The notes: generated by a model from the sequence alone, not told the origin. A stretch of DNA of 63,697 nucleotides, filler included, from Fonticula-like sp. SCN 57-25 (GCA_001724245.1; 5 parts of 5 records of this genome joined end to end with filler, not necessarily neighbours in it), one strand, 5' to 3'; counted from the whole stretch's first letter, positions 34,795 to 47,243 are shown. Made by a program: numbers and translations.

Positions 34795-35667
34795 TCAAGT
34801 GTAAAGTCTTTCCACTTCTTTGATCGGTTGTTTACACTCGGGACAGTTGTTGCTTTTCTTCATGTAGTCCACGGAACAGGTAGTGCAAAAGAACGCATGC
34901 CCACAGGGTTTGCACGTCGTTCGCAATCTATCTTGACAGCGACCACAGACCAAGCTTTCGAGCATCTTTTGAGTGGCTTTCTTTTCTTCGGGTTCCTTTT
35001 CCTCCGTCTTTTTCTCTTCTTTCGCGTCCTTGCGTCCTGTAGCCTTGGGCTTTTTTGACGAGGAACTCACCAACTTGCCGTCGACAAACACGTTGTATTG
35101 TGTCTTCTTCTCTTTCTTGCCGTCTTCGTCGTCGTCATCACCATCGTCGTCATCGGGGACAGTGTGCACAACCTTGCTCTTGACGGTCGTCGTTTTGCGC
35201 TTCTTTGGGGGTCTTTCTTCATCGTCATCACTGTCACCGAATACAACAGACCCAGTGTTGACCACGACGCTGCTACGGGATCGTTTCTTGGGAGGAGAGT
35301 CGCCACCACCGCCAAAGTTCATGGTCATGGTGCCTCTGTTGACACCCGTGCCGTTCATAACCACTACGCCAGTGTTTACACCGACGGAATTTTTAGCATT
35401 GATAAAGTGTTGTTGAACGACGCCGCCGGTTACTTGGCCTATGGATCCAGGGCCTACAGCAAAATTGTTGTATATACCTCCACGTACGTATGCGGCGCCC
35501 CCTGGTGCATGGTTCACGTTCACCATGGATACAGACCCCACAGAACCGTTGCCCAATGCGCCAATGGTGCAATTTGATCCTTGAAAGTTGATGGTGGAAC
35601 CAACGTTGTTGAAAACGTTCGTGCTGCTGCTTTTTAGCTTGGTTTTGGATTTTTGGTAGTTGGACAT
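34795..35667 (-). CDS. C-terminal RING finger protein with a G/N/V-rich N-terminus and NLS-like motifs
   Basis: CGRC..PCGHAFFCTTC..CPECKQPI; PPKKRS and PPKKRK. Confidence 0.85.
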   Translation of the reverse strand: MSNYQKSKTKLKSSSTNVFNNVGSTINFQGSNCTIGALGNGSVGSVSMVNVNHAPGGAAYVRGGIYNNFAVGPGSIGQVTGGVVQQHFINAKNSVGVNTGVVVMNGTGVNRGTMTMNFGGGGDSPPKKRSRSSVVVNTGSVVFGDSDDDEERPPKKRKTTTVKSKVVHTVPDDDDGDDDDEDGKKEKKTQYNVFVDGKLVSSSSKKPKATGRKDAKEEKKTEEKEPEEKKATQKMLESLVCGRCQDRLRTTCKPCGHAFFCTTCSVDYMKKSNNCPECKQPIKEVERLYT

Positions 35668-35784
35668 GATGATGATGCGCCTGTTGTGGTATACGTCTCG
35701 TTGTGTTATTCAAATTAACGAAAAAATATACGAGTCTTTGAACAAAAAAACAAATTCTGGAATTACGACAATACGATGGAAGAT

Positions 35785-36584
35785 CTAACAATCTTCTTCC
35801 ATAGTGTCGTATTTATTTTCCAAATATTCGTCTCTAATTTCGGACAAATATTGGCCATCGCAGGTCTTTATGGTAGTCCAGCCATTCGGTTTCTTTCCTC
35901 GTAATTCATTCTGGAACTGCGTAGCGGTCAGCCAAATTATAAACGAATAAAATTTGCGTTTAATACCTCGAAAGTAACCCATGCGGTCGGGTGGATGCTA
36001 TACCCTTTTGTCCCCTCCGTTCCTATGCATCCATTGGCATCTATCTTTGTCTCTATGGTCCTCCCGTAATATCGAGATCTCAGGATGTCTCCAGTATTGA
36101 GTAAACCGTTCTGCACTAATGTTCGTATTGTTATGCCTCTATACATTGCATCCGTTCGATTCCTTTTTTCCATATTGTAGGGTCTCCTAAAAGTGGACAT
36201 ATGTGTTTGGACTTCTCCGGTGTGTTTGTGATCGTGGTCGCTTGACGTTTCCATAATTTCGGATCCGTCATCGCCGTGGTTTGGTATTTCGGTTTCATCG
36301 TCGTTACTGTTATCCGCTTTATATTCGTCACTATAGTGATTTGATATTTCCGGTGACGGGGGTGGTGAATATTCCAATAAAATAGGCTCGGTATTATGAT
36401 GTCTTGCCTCTGATTCCAATTGCTCTACGTACCTGACCAAGCGGTCGTATTTTTGGACTTTTTCTTTTTTATCCCAGGATGATGCTAGAATTTTTAAGTG
36501 GAGGGCCTTTAACGCTTTACATAACTCATGCACGCCTTCTGTGTAAACACGGGTGGCCACTTCATCGCTCGGGTCGATTGACAT
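35785..36584 (-). CDS. RAMA-domain protein, 2 exons (intron 35966-35917)
   Basis: ITIRTLVQNGLL.TGD.L...YYG......I...G.I...PTAW|...PNGWTTI....G..LSEIR. Confidence 0.75.
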
Positions 36585-36766
36585 GATTTGTGGTGTGCGT
36601 CTAAATGTTTTATTTGTAAATAGCACAATTTCAGGTATTCTGTCTCGACCAATTTCCGGTAAGAATTGAAGTTCAAAAAAATTCTGAACGTCAGAATATC
36701 TGAAGTTCGAACATAAAACAACTATTTTTGGTCATTGTTATTCACCAATTTAAACAAACACCACCC

Positions 36767-37021
36767 ATGAGCGCCAAAATGTTTTGCACGACCTGCAACA
36801 GGGTCAAGAAGCACGTCAAATGCTGCGAGTCCATGTGCTTGGACTGGATGTGCACTACGTGCTACATTTACACCAAGTGCACCACCTGCGACCACATTGC
36901 CTGCGAGGTGTGCACGGGATTCATGCGCGCCGACTCCGAAGACGAAGAAGAAGGCATATACGAACCCTTATGCGAAGAATGTTACAGATCTTTCAAAACC
37001 AAAAATAAATACACACGTTAA
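36767..37021 (+). CDS. Small Cys-rich zinc-binding protein
   Basis: Multiple CxxC pairs in 84 aa. Confidence 0.7.
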   Translation: MSAKMFCTTCNRVKKHVKCCESMCLDWMCTTCYIYTKCTTCDHIACEVCTGFMRADSEDEEEGIYEPLCEECYRSFKTKNKYTR

Positions 37022-37043
37022 ATTGAATCCCACCTACATTTTT

Positions 37044-39481
37044 TTATTTACGCATGACAATGACGGTCTCTTTCTTTCCAAAGATTGGGTAAATTTGTTG
37101 GTGGTAAATGTCAATGCTGCTAAATTTACCACTCGCCATCATTTTAGACAGGTACCTGAACAAACCCCTCGTTCCCTCACGCGACAAGTAGTCGTCACAA
37201 ACGTAGAGCGCCTTGTTGTCCGACACTTTTCGTTCGAGAGGTGAAGTTGAGCTCTTGTTCTTCCCGCTAGCATTATTCAACAATTCCAGCGCATTCTTCG
37301 CAGTCGCTTCGTCCACTTTGTCTTCGCGCTTGAGTTTCTCGATCCATTCGTTAGGTTGCAATTTGACTGCCTTTGGTACTTCCGTAGTGTTGCACAAAGT
37401 GATGGGTGGTAAAACGTCTTCCAAGCTTGCCATATTGTTCCAGATGGTCTGTTTGACGTTCGAATCGATTCTGTGGTGAGTGCATAATAATCCGGGTCTG
37501 CTGGAGGTGTCCATCATCACCTCTGTAAGCGAGGGACCCCAGCGTTTCGCTTTGACGTCGACCCAAGTGAGTACACCCAAATTTTTGTCCAATTCGTACA
37601 ACTTTCTGGTGAAAGAGTAAGCGCACTGTCTATAAAATGTGGACAAGTGTCTGTTCTTGTCTTCTCCCGGAATCCAACTCAAAGCAGAAACTCTATAGTT
37701 GGCGCACGATTCCTCGGAGAGTGGTTTTGCAATGTCGGTGTCCACGGTGTTGATCACGTAGTCGAAGAATCTGTCTTCTATTTCTCTTTCCACCACCGAT
37801 TGATCCACGGTCGATTCTGACATGTTGTAATCATAAGTCTTGCTAACCAACATGGGTCTGACGCGTGCGGTACTTTCCACGCACAAGATGGGCAAGTAGC
37901 GATCGAAACGTTTCGATTGAATGTTGGCATGAATAGATCCTATCAGCTCGATCGTCTTGATGTTTTCCTGGCTGCGTTTGGAAGAAGCGACGTTCTCCGT
38001 GTCGAATACGCGCTTAATGTACTCGACCGTCTTATGCCACGGCAAAAAGAGCGAGAACATGTGACAACCGTAGTTGCCCTGTAGATCGGGTTTGCTGTTC
38101 AAAACGTACTCTTCTGCGACGACGGGTCTCTTTTCTTTCATGACCAACTCCCCCTGGTGGAAGTCACCGGCGTCGTACGTTCCGGCAACGATGAGCGTCG
38201 AAAAGTCCACGTAATGAAGGGCGATTGTTTGCAAGCACTGGACCAAGGGATCTTCCCATCCGTAGATGACCTTCTTGCCCTTGAGGGCCTTGTTGTAAAT
38301 AGCGTCCAGCATGGGGAACTCGGCCAGATCCGTTCTCTTGGTGTTCTTGGACACTATGCCGCATTCTATAATGTGCACCACTTCCGAGGTGAGTCTGTCC
38401 ATCCCCTCGCAATCATCGCAACCGGAAAAGTTTAGAATAATGTCCCAATCGATGCTCTCCGTGTAAATGGCTTGTTCCTTGTTCTTGTCAGGGTTCATTT
38501 TGCCTCTCTTCTGGTCGTTCTTGCCTTCTCGGTACTTGTTCTGTGTACCCGAGTCGCGAACGCGCAATCTGAAATCGGGTCTGTACTTGAGGTTGTTTGC
38601 CATCTCGGTGGTGATTTCAGTGTAGACTTCCAACATGGTCAAAAACTTTTGCTTGTCGCGTTGGTCGGACTTCATCTTGAACCAATCTTCCACGGTCGTC
38701 ACGAAGGCTTCTCGCGTTATTCCGTAACGTTCCAATATGATGGAAGCCAACGACTTGATAAAGTTGCTGTGATTCTGGTTGACTTGGGTGGGTCTGGTGC
38801 AGTGCAAGTAGTAGCAAAGGGTAGGCAATTTACCCATGTCCGTCTTGAAGAACGGTAAATGATTCGACAGAAGCGTATAGTGAGCACACCTCAATCTATT
38901 TGCATTCTTGAGGGGCATGTCGTATGCAAACCCCGTCGCGGGGCCACCGTTGGAACTTCCATCCACACTGGGAAACACTCGCATAAACTGTTCCACGTAG
39001 GCGTCCGTGTCCCTTTCCACTTTACGCGAAAAGGATTCGTCGAACGTGTCCTTGACTGGAGTGTAACGAAACGACGAGAACACCTTCTTTTGAGTATTTC
39101 TTTGAGACGCATTCTTCAACGTTGCTTCCAGAGCGTCCAGGGTGATTTCGTCGGAGAGAGAGATTTTGATCGACACTTTGCCTCTGTTGGATGTTTCTTG
39201 GGCTCTTCTCTCTCCCGTGTGTTCAAATTCGTAAAGTTTCTTGTCCAAAATGTCCCTTCCGAACACTGCGACGCCTTCCTTTCGAAGTTGATTTATCACA
39301 TCGAGTAGAGTGACAGAAACGTCACAAAGGTGCGTCTGGTAGAACAATCTATTGTCCTTATCCGCGTCGGTACCCGGTGTGTAGTGTTCCAGCACGTTGA
39401 CGGTAGGGTAAGAGTTTACTTCTCCAGAGAATAAGGTTGATTCGTAGACGGAGAACCAGATCCTGTCTTCGATCGACGGCG
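37044..39481 (-). CDS. Large hypothetical protein, possible transglutaminase/papain-like core (5' truncated)
   Basis: ORF open to the contig end; YRPD...DDCEG...CHMF...CVEST. Confidence 0.6.
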
Positions 39482-39581
39482 NNNNNNNNNNNNNNNNNNN
39501 NNNNNNNNNNNNNNNNNNNNNNNNNTTAATTAATTAANNNNNNNNNNNNNNNNNNNNNNNNNNNNNNNNNNNNNNNNNNNN
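39482..39581. other. Artificial contig linker
   Basis: N-run/TTAATTAATTAA/N-run. Confidence 0.98.
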
Positions 39582-41341
39582 CGCACTTCTGCCGCAGTGG
39601 ACCGGCTTTCGGCGGTGCCCCGCTGCACGCGCTCCTCGTCGAGCAGCGCCTCCAGCGCGCGCGTGTTCTTCAGCTCCTTTTGGAACAGCGCGTTAATCTC
39701 GGCCTTTTGCGTGGCAAAGCTCTTTCGCTCAATCTCAAAGTCGTCCTTGAGCGCCTGCAGCTGCCGCGCCGTCTTTTCCTTGAGCGCCTTCATCTCCGTT
39801 TCGGCAGTCTGGCGAGCCGCCTCGGCACGACGCAGCTGCTCCTGCATGTTGCCCACCTGTAGCTGCATCTCCTCTTCCTTTCGAATGCGCTCATTAAGCT
39901 GCTCGCGCGTCGTCGCAATCTTGTTCTGAAGGTCCTTGTTCGTCTCTTCAACATACGTTTTTTGCTCGGCCAAAAGTGTAAACTGGCGCATCATGCTCTG
40001 CTGGTCGTCGACGGCGGCGGCCTTGGCGGGCGCGATAACAGACGCAGGTGCGGGAACAGACGCAGGCGCAGCGGGAACGGTCGGCGACGGCGCTTCCGGC
40101 TCGACAGTGGCCTCGGGGACGGCGGCGGGCTCTTCTTCCGGTTCCAGAAGCGTTTCCGGTTGGTTCACATGAATAAGTGGCGCGTCGGGGACGGCGGCGG
40201 CGGAAATAGGAGCGGGCGCAGAATAAGAGGACGGCTCGGGCTCTTGCGTGGGCAGCGACCCCACAGTCCTATTGGTCCATTTAGCAAAAGCAACCAATGA
40301 GAGTGCGAATATGATACGCACATTTCCTTTTCGGTCGGGGCGTCGGGGACGGCGTCCACGTTCCGCACGTCGAGGTACACGTCAAAGGTGTTGAGGCTGA
40401 GGAGGAGGCCGAGAAGGACGTTTGACTGGTCGGCGCGAAGGAACGCGTGCGGTTCATACGCAAGGCTAAGCAATACGAGTTAGTTTGACAATTGGCGCAA
40501 AGGGTAGCGCACTTCATGAGCTCAGTGTCCTCAACGAGCGCCTTTGTAAACGCCGCCAGTTGCTACCGAAAAGTGTTAAAATACGTCAATTAAGGGCTTC
40601 AAACACGCACCTTCTCCATCAACGTCATCTTAATCCACGCAATTCCCTTTTGCTGCGAACTGAAATTTGTCATTTCGCGGATAGAAAGGATCGCAGAGTT
40701 GGCCTCGGGCAGCATCTTTGGCAGGTACTCGGCGATCCAGTCCCAGTACGAGCGCTTGCCAAACCCAAACCGCTTGCCTATTCCGAAAGAGTTGGTACCT
40801 TCCGCTTAGCATGGGCAATGCGCACCTTTCAGCCCGTGCTGCATGATCTGATTCATGAGGCCGATGACGTGCACGAGCGGCGGAAAGTCATCGCCGATCG
40901 GCCCCGCCGCCAGGGTCGATTTGCCGTACGACTCGCTGATCAGCGTCTTGATCGACGTGCTCATATCAGACAGCATCTGTGCGCGCCACGCTTCCTGCTC
41001 GCGCAAGAAGCGCTTAGTCTTTTCGGCGCTGCTCTCCGTGGACAGCTTCAGTGCCGCTGCGCAACCACAGTGAGCATACACACAACAGGAAGAGCGGGAC
41101 GCGTACAGATGTCGAGGCTTTTCAGCAGTGACGACTCGGACGACTCGGCAGAGGCAACCTGCCCCTCGCTGCCTGCCAGCGACACTTCACGCTTGCCATT
41201 CGCGCTGGCAGTGATCGGGATGGGCGCCGCTGAGGTGGCTGCAACAGCCGAGGTGGCGGTTACGGCAGAGGACTTTGCCTCGACCGGCTCCGATACGGAC
41301 GCCTTGCCTCGAAGGATCGAAAACTCTGGCAGAAACGACAT
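39582..41341 (-). CDS. RUN-domain plus coiled-coil protein (3' truncated)
   Basis: IMQHGLK, SYWDWI, YEPHAFLR..LLGLLLSLNTFDV, long heptad region. Confidence 0.8.
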
Positions 41342-41576
41342 GCGCTAGCTGGTTGACGACCACAACGCGACTCGACGATCCTTTCAAATCAGTGCCACGC
41401 CTTGTTGTCTCCCGGTGAACGGTGTTTGGGGTTCGGCAAATCTAGTTATCGTCTCTAACGCGCGGCGGGTGAAATAGGCATCAAAGATGGTTCACGACTA
41501 AAATCTACTTAGGCGTGAGACGATTTCGTTTTCGTGACACACAGTTTCGAACGCGAGCGTCACGGAGCGTCACGTC

Positions 41577-42048
41577 ATGGCCGAGGCAGTCCCGTTCGTC
41601 GAAAAGACGGAGCAGATTCTTCGAGACGAAGTCAAGGCGGAGCACGTCGTATGTCTCCATTGCTTTTGTGCATAGTGTCTAATGACGGCATAGAGCATCA
41701 AAAGTGCTGTCGACGAGGGATGCGGTGTCAAGCTCTGGGTGCGTTGTGCAATGTTCCTGCAAGTTGTACTCAACGTGGCGCTGTAGGTGACCATTGTTTC
41801 GCCTCTGTTTGAGGGCAAGCCTCTCTTCCAACGCCACCGGTACGCGCTTTTCTTGTGTACTTTCTTCTAACAGTGGATTAGGCTGGTGTATGGTGCTCTG
41901 GACAGCATCGTCAAGCAGATTCACGCGTTCTCCATGGTGCGCACTTTGCCCGCACAAATGGCCCCTTCTAACGTCATCGTGCTCTTTGCAGAAAACCTAC
42001 ACGCCTGCCGAGTGGGAAAAGATCAAGGACACCCCCCAGGCCGAGTAA
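41577..42048 (+). CDS. BolA-family protein (BOLA2-like), about 5 small exons
   Basis: GCG.K, IVSPLFEGKPLFQRHR|LVY..L...IHAFSM|KTYTPAEW. Confidence 0.9.
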
Positions 42049-42138
42049 CTCGTTTGTACACTTGCACACGTTTAGAGCATCATATTCAGGCTGCAGACAT
42101 TGCCGCGGTAATAATACAACATTTTGTGCCACTCAGTT

Positions 42139-42959
42139 TCATTCCGACTTTACTGTTTGGCGTTCCGATTCGCGCCGCGCCTCCACCAGTGCCGCCGACG
42201 CAGCGCCCATCTCGGATCCCAATCGCCTAATCACACAATTAGCACCAGCATCTGTAATGGTCCCTGCCGTACCTAAAGTGTGCCACGTAGCCTTCCGGGC
42301 CGGTGCTCTTTAAAAGCACCATCAAAAGAAGTCCAATGGTTCCCAGCGTGCCCACGACAAAGAGCAGGCGCGTGGCAAGCACGGGGTCGAGCGGCTCCTG
42401 CAGCTCCCACGTGTAGACCAGGGCCAGGCGAGCGGGCGACTCGGCATCCACCTCGCCATCTTTCCAACGCACGTAAGATTATAGTCAAAAGAGTTTGCGC
42501 CGTACATTGAGGGAAGGAATGAAGAGCGAGGATGTCGTTTTCGCTGTGAGTAAAGTCAAAGCGGACGGCGATCAGCGGGCGGCCCTTTTGAAACAGCGGG
42601 ATCCAGGGCGCAGCAAACCGGTCGTGCGCAAAGGAAAACTTGCTAATAAAGCGAACAAGAATGTGAGAGGGGAGATATTAACAAGAAAGTGACGCACATT
42701 TTGTCCGATGCCGTGCTGGACGCCTCAAAGGACACGTACACGATGCGAGCAGCGCCGAATCGTGGGCTCGATGTCGGCGTCGCTTCCACCCACCCATGCT
42801 ACCAATCACTCTTAGAACAAACGACAAGTGTAAACAAAAACCTACCTGAAAGCTACTGTGCTTGTACGCAAGCCCAACAACATCGCCCTGCCTAAACTGC
42901 GCCGACACAGCCAGGCACAGACAGGCGAGCACCGCCAGAACCGCTGGCCTTCCCGCCAT
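42139..42959 (-). CDS. Hypothetical type I membrane protein, spliced
   Basis: Signal peptide then FRQGDVV; YTWE...D..LLFVVGTLGTIGLLLMVLL TM. Confidence 0.65.
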
Positions 42960-43232
42960 ACCGTCTGATTGATCTGATTTGTGCCTGATCCTTCTGATCT
43001 TACGGTTTGATATAAGGAAGGTGAAGAGCCGAGTGGCGCAGAAAGAAGGTCTACGGTGACCGTTTGGTATAGTAGCTGTCGGTGTATTCAATAGGGGATG
43101 TATTCTTATGCTCAAAAGTGCGTCCCTTTCGTTATATTCCATACTTTTTACATTTCGACAAGTTTGTAAATTTGCAATCGACCAATCACAACACCTTTAC
43201 AGATTTTGGCCATTCGACTCTTTCGGCCCGCC

Positions 43233-44456
43233 ATGAAGCCAACAGTCAAGATTGTGGACAGCACGGCGGAACATGTCCACTTTATTTTGTCACACTGCGA
43301 CCTCAGGTACGCTTCTTTACATCATATACATTCTTGTTTTTCATTTGGGCTTACCGCTGGCAAATAGCATGGCCAATGCGTTGCGGCGCCTAATGATCGC
43401 CGAGGTGCCGACGCTCGGTGCGTGATCCCTCCGTTGTGGAGGAAGCTTGTCGTCTAACCCTTTGCTCAGCCATCGAGCTTGTTGAGATCGAGTCGAACAC
43501 TTCAATTTTGTTTGACCCCTTCCTGACGCACCGCCTCGGCCTGATCCCGCTGAAGAGCAATCGCGCCGACAAATACAACTACAGATGGGTACGCTCAGCG
43601 GCGCGGCATCCTCGCTCGCAAACTGCTCCCTTTTCTGAAATATCTCGGCATCCTCTAACACGTGCTGCGTTTTCAGGAGTGCCCTTGCGACTCTACCGAT
43701 TTTTGCGACAAGTGCTCTGTCGTTTTCACGCTCAACGTGTCTTGCACCAGCGACGACACGCTGTCGGTCACGACGAATGATCTCCACAGCAACAACCCCG
43801 ACGTCGTCCCTGTCCGTACGTGTTTCAATGTTGTTTGCACGTGGCTCGATGCTCACGATCGCGCGCGCGCAAACAGACTTGTCTTCGGCTGATGTCGAGC
43901 CCATCCTGATCACCAAGCTGCGCAAGGGCCAGGAGCTCAAGGTCCGCTGCATCGCGTTCAAGGGTATTGGCAAGCTGCACGCAAAGCACCAGCCGGCATC
44001 GCAGGTGTCCATGGAGTACGACGTTGCCAACCTGCTGCGGCACACGACCCTCTGGAGCGAGGAGGATCCCATGAAGGAGTGGTACGTGCACGCATCTGTT
44101 GGGCGCTCGATCTGACTGGAGTGTGTAGGCCGTACGACCAAATGCACCCATTGATTCAATTGACAAAGATTACGCCCGAGATGGGGGGTACGCTATTTTG
44201 TTTATGTTCGCGCGGTACTGATCATGTTGTCTTTTAGCTACGATGCCGTTCGATCCGGCTGCCGAGGCGGAACACTTTTTCTTCCGCGTCGAGGTATGTT
44301 ACTTTTCGCGTTTTATTCGCTGGTCTAATGAGCATGTAATAGTCGGCAGGAGCGTTGCCGCCGCAGGCCATCGTGCTCAATGCGCTCGATGCGCTCAAAA
44401 ATAAGCTCGAGACGTTCAAGATGGACCTGGCTCAGGCTTCCGCCTACGAAAACTAA
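43233..44456 (+). CDS. RPB3: RNA polymerase II subunit RPB3
   Basis: ANALRRLMIAEVPTL, FLTHRLGLIPL, C.C..FCDKCSV, ITKLRKGQELK..C.AFKGIGK.HAK. Confidence 0.95.
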
Positions 44457-44660
44457 AAATATTGTAACTGTATTTCATAAACTACATTTCTAAACGACTT
44501 TAGTCCTCTTTTGTTTGAATTTCTTTTAGTTATGGATCATTTCGTCGCCATTATGCCCGCTGATGTCGCTGAATGCCGCTATCGGATTCCACCCCAAAAT
44601 CGAGGGTTGATTCCACCCCTGATTGTTTGCCCCATTCCCAGTTCAGATCTCCCCGTCGAG

Positions 44661-45714
44661 ATGCTGCGGCGACCTGCTGTCCTGCTGGTGCTCGCCGCCC
44701 TTGTGGCGTACTGCCACGGCGTGCATATCTACCTTGAAAAGGACACGCCCCGCTGCATTATCGAGGATCTTCCGTCGCACACTGTTGTTGTCGGTGCGCC
44801 ATCTCGCTGCTCCCTTTCGCTTTCTTGTTCCATTTCTTAACGGCAGGTGCGGTCGACAGGGCAATTCTCGGCGTGGATCCTTGAGGGCGCCAACTATGTG
44901 TCGAACCCGAGCGTCGGCATTGCCGTCCATGTGACCGTACGCGCTCTTTTTCTCTTTTATCGTGTTTCTTTTTGCCAACATTGCCGGCCGCGTGAATAGG
45001 AGAAGAACACGGCCAACACTGTGATTTCGGTGCTCGGTGGGCATGAGGGCCGCTTTGCGTTCACGACGGTCGAGTCGGGTGATCACCAGATCTGCTACCG
45101 CAGCAACTACACCGCGTGGATGCGCAGCAACATGCAGACGGTACGATCTTTACCAAATCTTTCGTGCGCCGAATGGCTCACAGACTGCGTTCTAGAAATT
45201 GCACTTGACCTTGACTGTCGGCGAGAGCAACAACAACGACGGCGTTCTCAATAAGGAGAAGCTCAGCGGTACGTTTTCATTTATTTTTGAACCACTTTCC
45301 TTTTGTTTCTTTGATTGTTTCTTTGAGCCCTCGAGCCATGCCGCTGCCCTTTTGTCGTTGTTCATGCCACCGCCTTTCCTTTGCCATATTCTTATCGAAA
45401 ATGTCTCTGCCGGTTTTCCATACTTTATATTAACGTAATGTCTTTAGATATTGCTCTTCAGGTTCGCGGACTCAACAACCGCGTCACCGACATCCGCCGC
45501 GAGCAGCAGTACCAAAAGGTCCGCCATCGTTTCTCCTCCTTTTATGTTCTGACACGCGCCGTAGGAGCAAGAGGAAAAGTTCCGCGACACGAGCGAGAGC
45601 GTCAACGCGCGCGTCGCTTGGTTCCTCATCCTGCAGACGATCGTCTTCATGCTCGCTTCGGCATGGCAGCTGACGCACCTGCGCACCTTCTTCAAGGCGA
45701 AAAAGGTCGTATAA
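44661..45714 (+). CDS. p24/emp24 GOLD-domain cargo receptor (TMED4/9-like)
   Basis: Signal peptide, RCIIEDLP, EGRFAFT..GDHQIC, FRDTSESVNARV.W, HLRTFFKAKKVV*. Confidence 0.92.
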
Positions 45715-45953
45715 TTGCAAATCTTTGCGTCTCTTTCAAAAGTGTATTGCTCTTGTCTCGTGCTTGTAGGACACGATAAATGAACCCATTCCTGTAATAC
45801 TTTTTTTTTATTGCAACACATTTTCGCCACAAAGATGCCATCGCGTTTCATTGCGCAGTCAATCTGAATTGACCAATCGGGACGCGGCATTCTGAGTATT
45901 GACCAATCAGCGACCGAATTGAGAACATTCGCCGCGCGAACACCACCAACACC

Positions 45954-47052
45954 ATGCGCGTCGGGATTGTGGCGCTCGCTCTCGCTGTTCTGGCGGTCGG
46001 CTCGCATGCGACGACTATCCGCGTTTCGACCTTCAACGTCCTTTGCCAGGCTTGCGCGATGACCGATGAGAGTGCGCCACGCTTATCATTTGGCAAACAT
46101 GCTCATGGTGTTTAGGGTTTGAGCGCTGGTCGACGCGCCTGACGTACTTTGAGGATCTCTTTGCGCGCCAGCCGTGCGACATTTACGGCATTCAGGAGCT
46201 CATTCACCGCTACAACGTCCAGGAGATCCTTGATGTCCTCCCCAAGGACACCTATGCGGCTCTCTACTTTAACGAGGTTCGTTTGATCATGCGCGCCGTG
46301 CAACCCCACTGACGATGCTGTAGACTGGCTGGGAGGTGATTGATCCCTACTACCCCGACTCGGCGATCTTTTACGACACTGAGGTCTTCTCCGTCGTGTC
46401 GCAGGGCCAGTACTGGCTCAGCGAGACTCCCGAGCGCCCGTCGATGGGCTGGACGCTGTCGCTCCCGCGCCTCGTCGCGTGGGCCGTCTTCAAGCACATC
46501 GAGGACGGCACCGAGTTTTACTTTAGCTCGACCCACTTTGACAACAACGGCCCCAACAAGGTATTGTGCTGCATTGTTATTTTGTGTGTTCTAATATGTA
46601 CATTTTTCAAGATCCCGTCGGCGACGCTCCATCTTGAGCGCGGTGGCGCGATGGCCGCCCAGGGCCTCCCCGTGATCGCCGTCGGCGACTACAACAGCGA
46701 CTTTACCTCTGATAGCTACGCGCTCCTCACTACCGGCGTCGACGACTCTTTCGTGTACGCCCCCTTTTTTCGTGCTTTTCGCACTCGCTAACTTTGCGCC
46801 AGGTACGTCAACTCATTCGATCTTGCCTCGGACCCGCACTTTGAGGGCCCCGAGGATCCGATCGGCTACGGCTGCCACAACACGCTCCCCGACCACGACT
46901 ACCCCAACTGCCTCATCGACCACGTCTTCTTTGGCGTCGGCCCGTCGCCGGCGTCGCGCTACAACGTCACCGAGTGGGTCGTCGACACGACGCTCTACGA
47001 GGGCAAGCTCCCGTCGGACCACCGCCTCCACGCGGTCACCGTCACTTTTTAG
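45954..47052 (+). CDS. Secreted endonuclease/exonuclease/phosphatase (EEP) family hydrolase
   Basis: STFNV, GIQE, YWLSETP, THFDN, GDYN, IDHVF, PSDH. Confidence 0.9.
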
Positions 47053-47243
47053 TTTGCAGATTGCATAGCGTGTACGTGCGCGACGGCATCAATAATAGAG
47101 CTGCGGTATGACATTGTTATTCGTAGTAGTAGTAGTACTGGTAAGTTTCAATAAAAAGATGGTACAGTCATGCAATCATGCAATCATCATTCACTCGCAA
47201 TCACTCTCTCGCCCGCGCGCAGCATGACTCGCGCGCGGCTAAT

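Larger units (their letters stand above)
26781..39481. mobile_element. Large-DNA-virus-like contig (free virus co-binned with the host, or an endogenous viral element)
   Basis: Visibly lower GC, dense almost intronless ORFans, short A/T-tract spacers, F-box/ankyrin, GMC, AlkB and RING genes; no hallmark gene. Confidence 0.75.

Noticed and set aside
26681-39581. Integration of the virus-like segment between DBP8 and the RUN gene
   Set aside because: Both borders are linkers; no junction, TSD or TIR is visible
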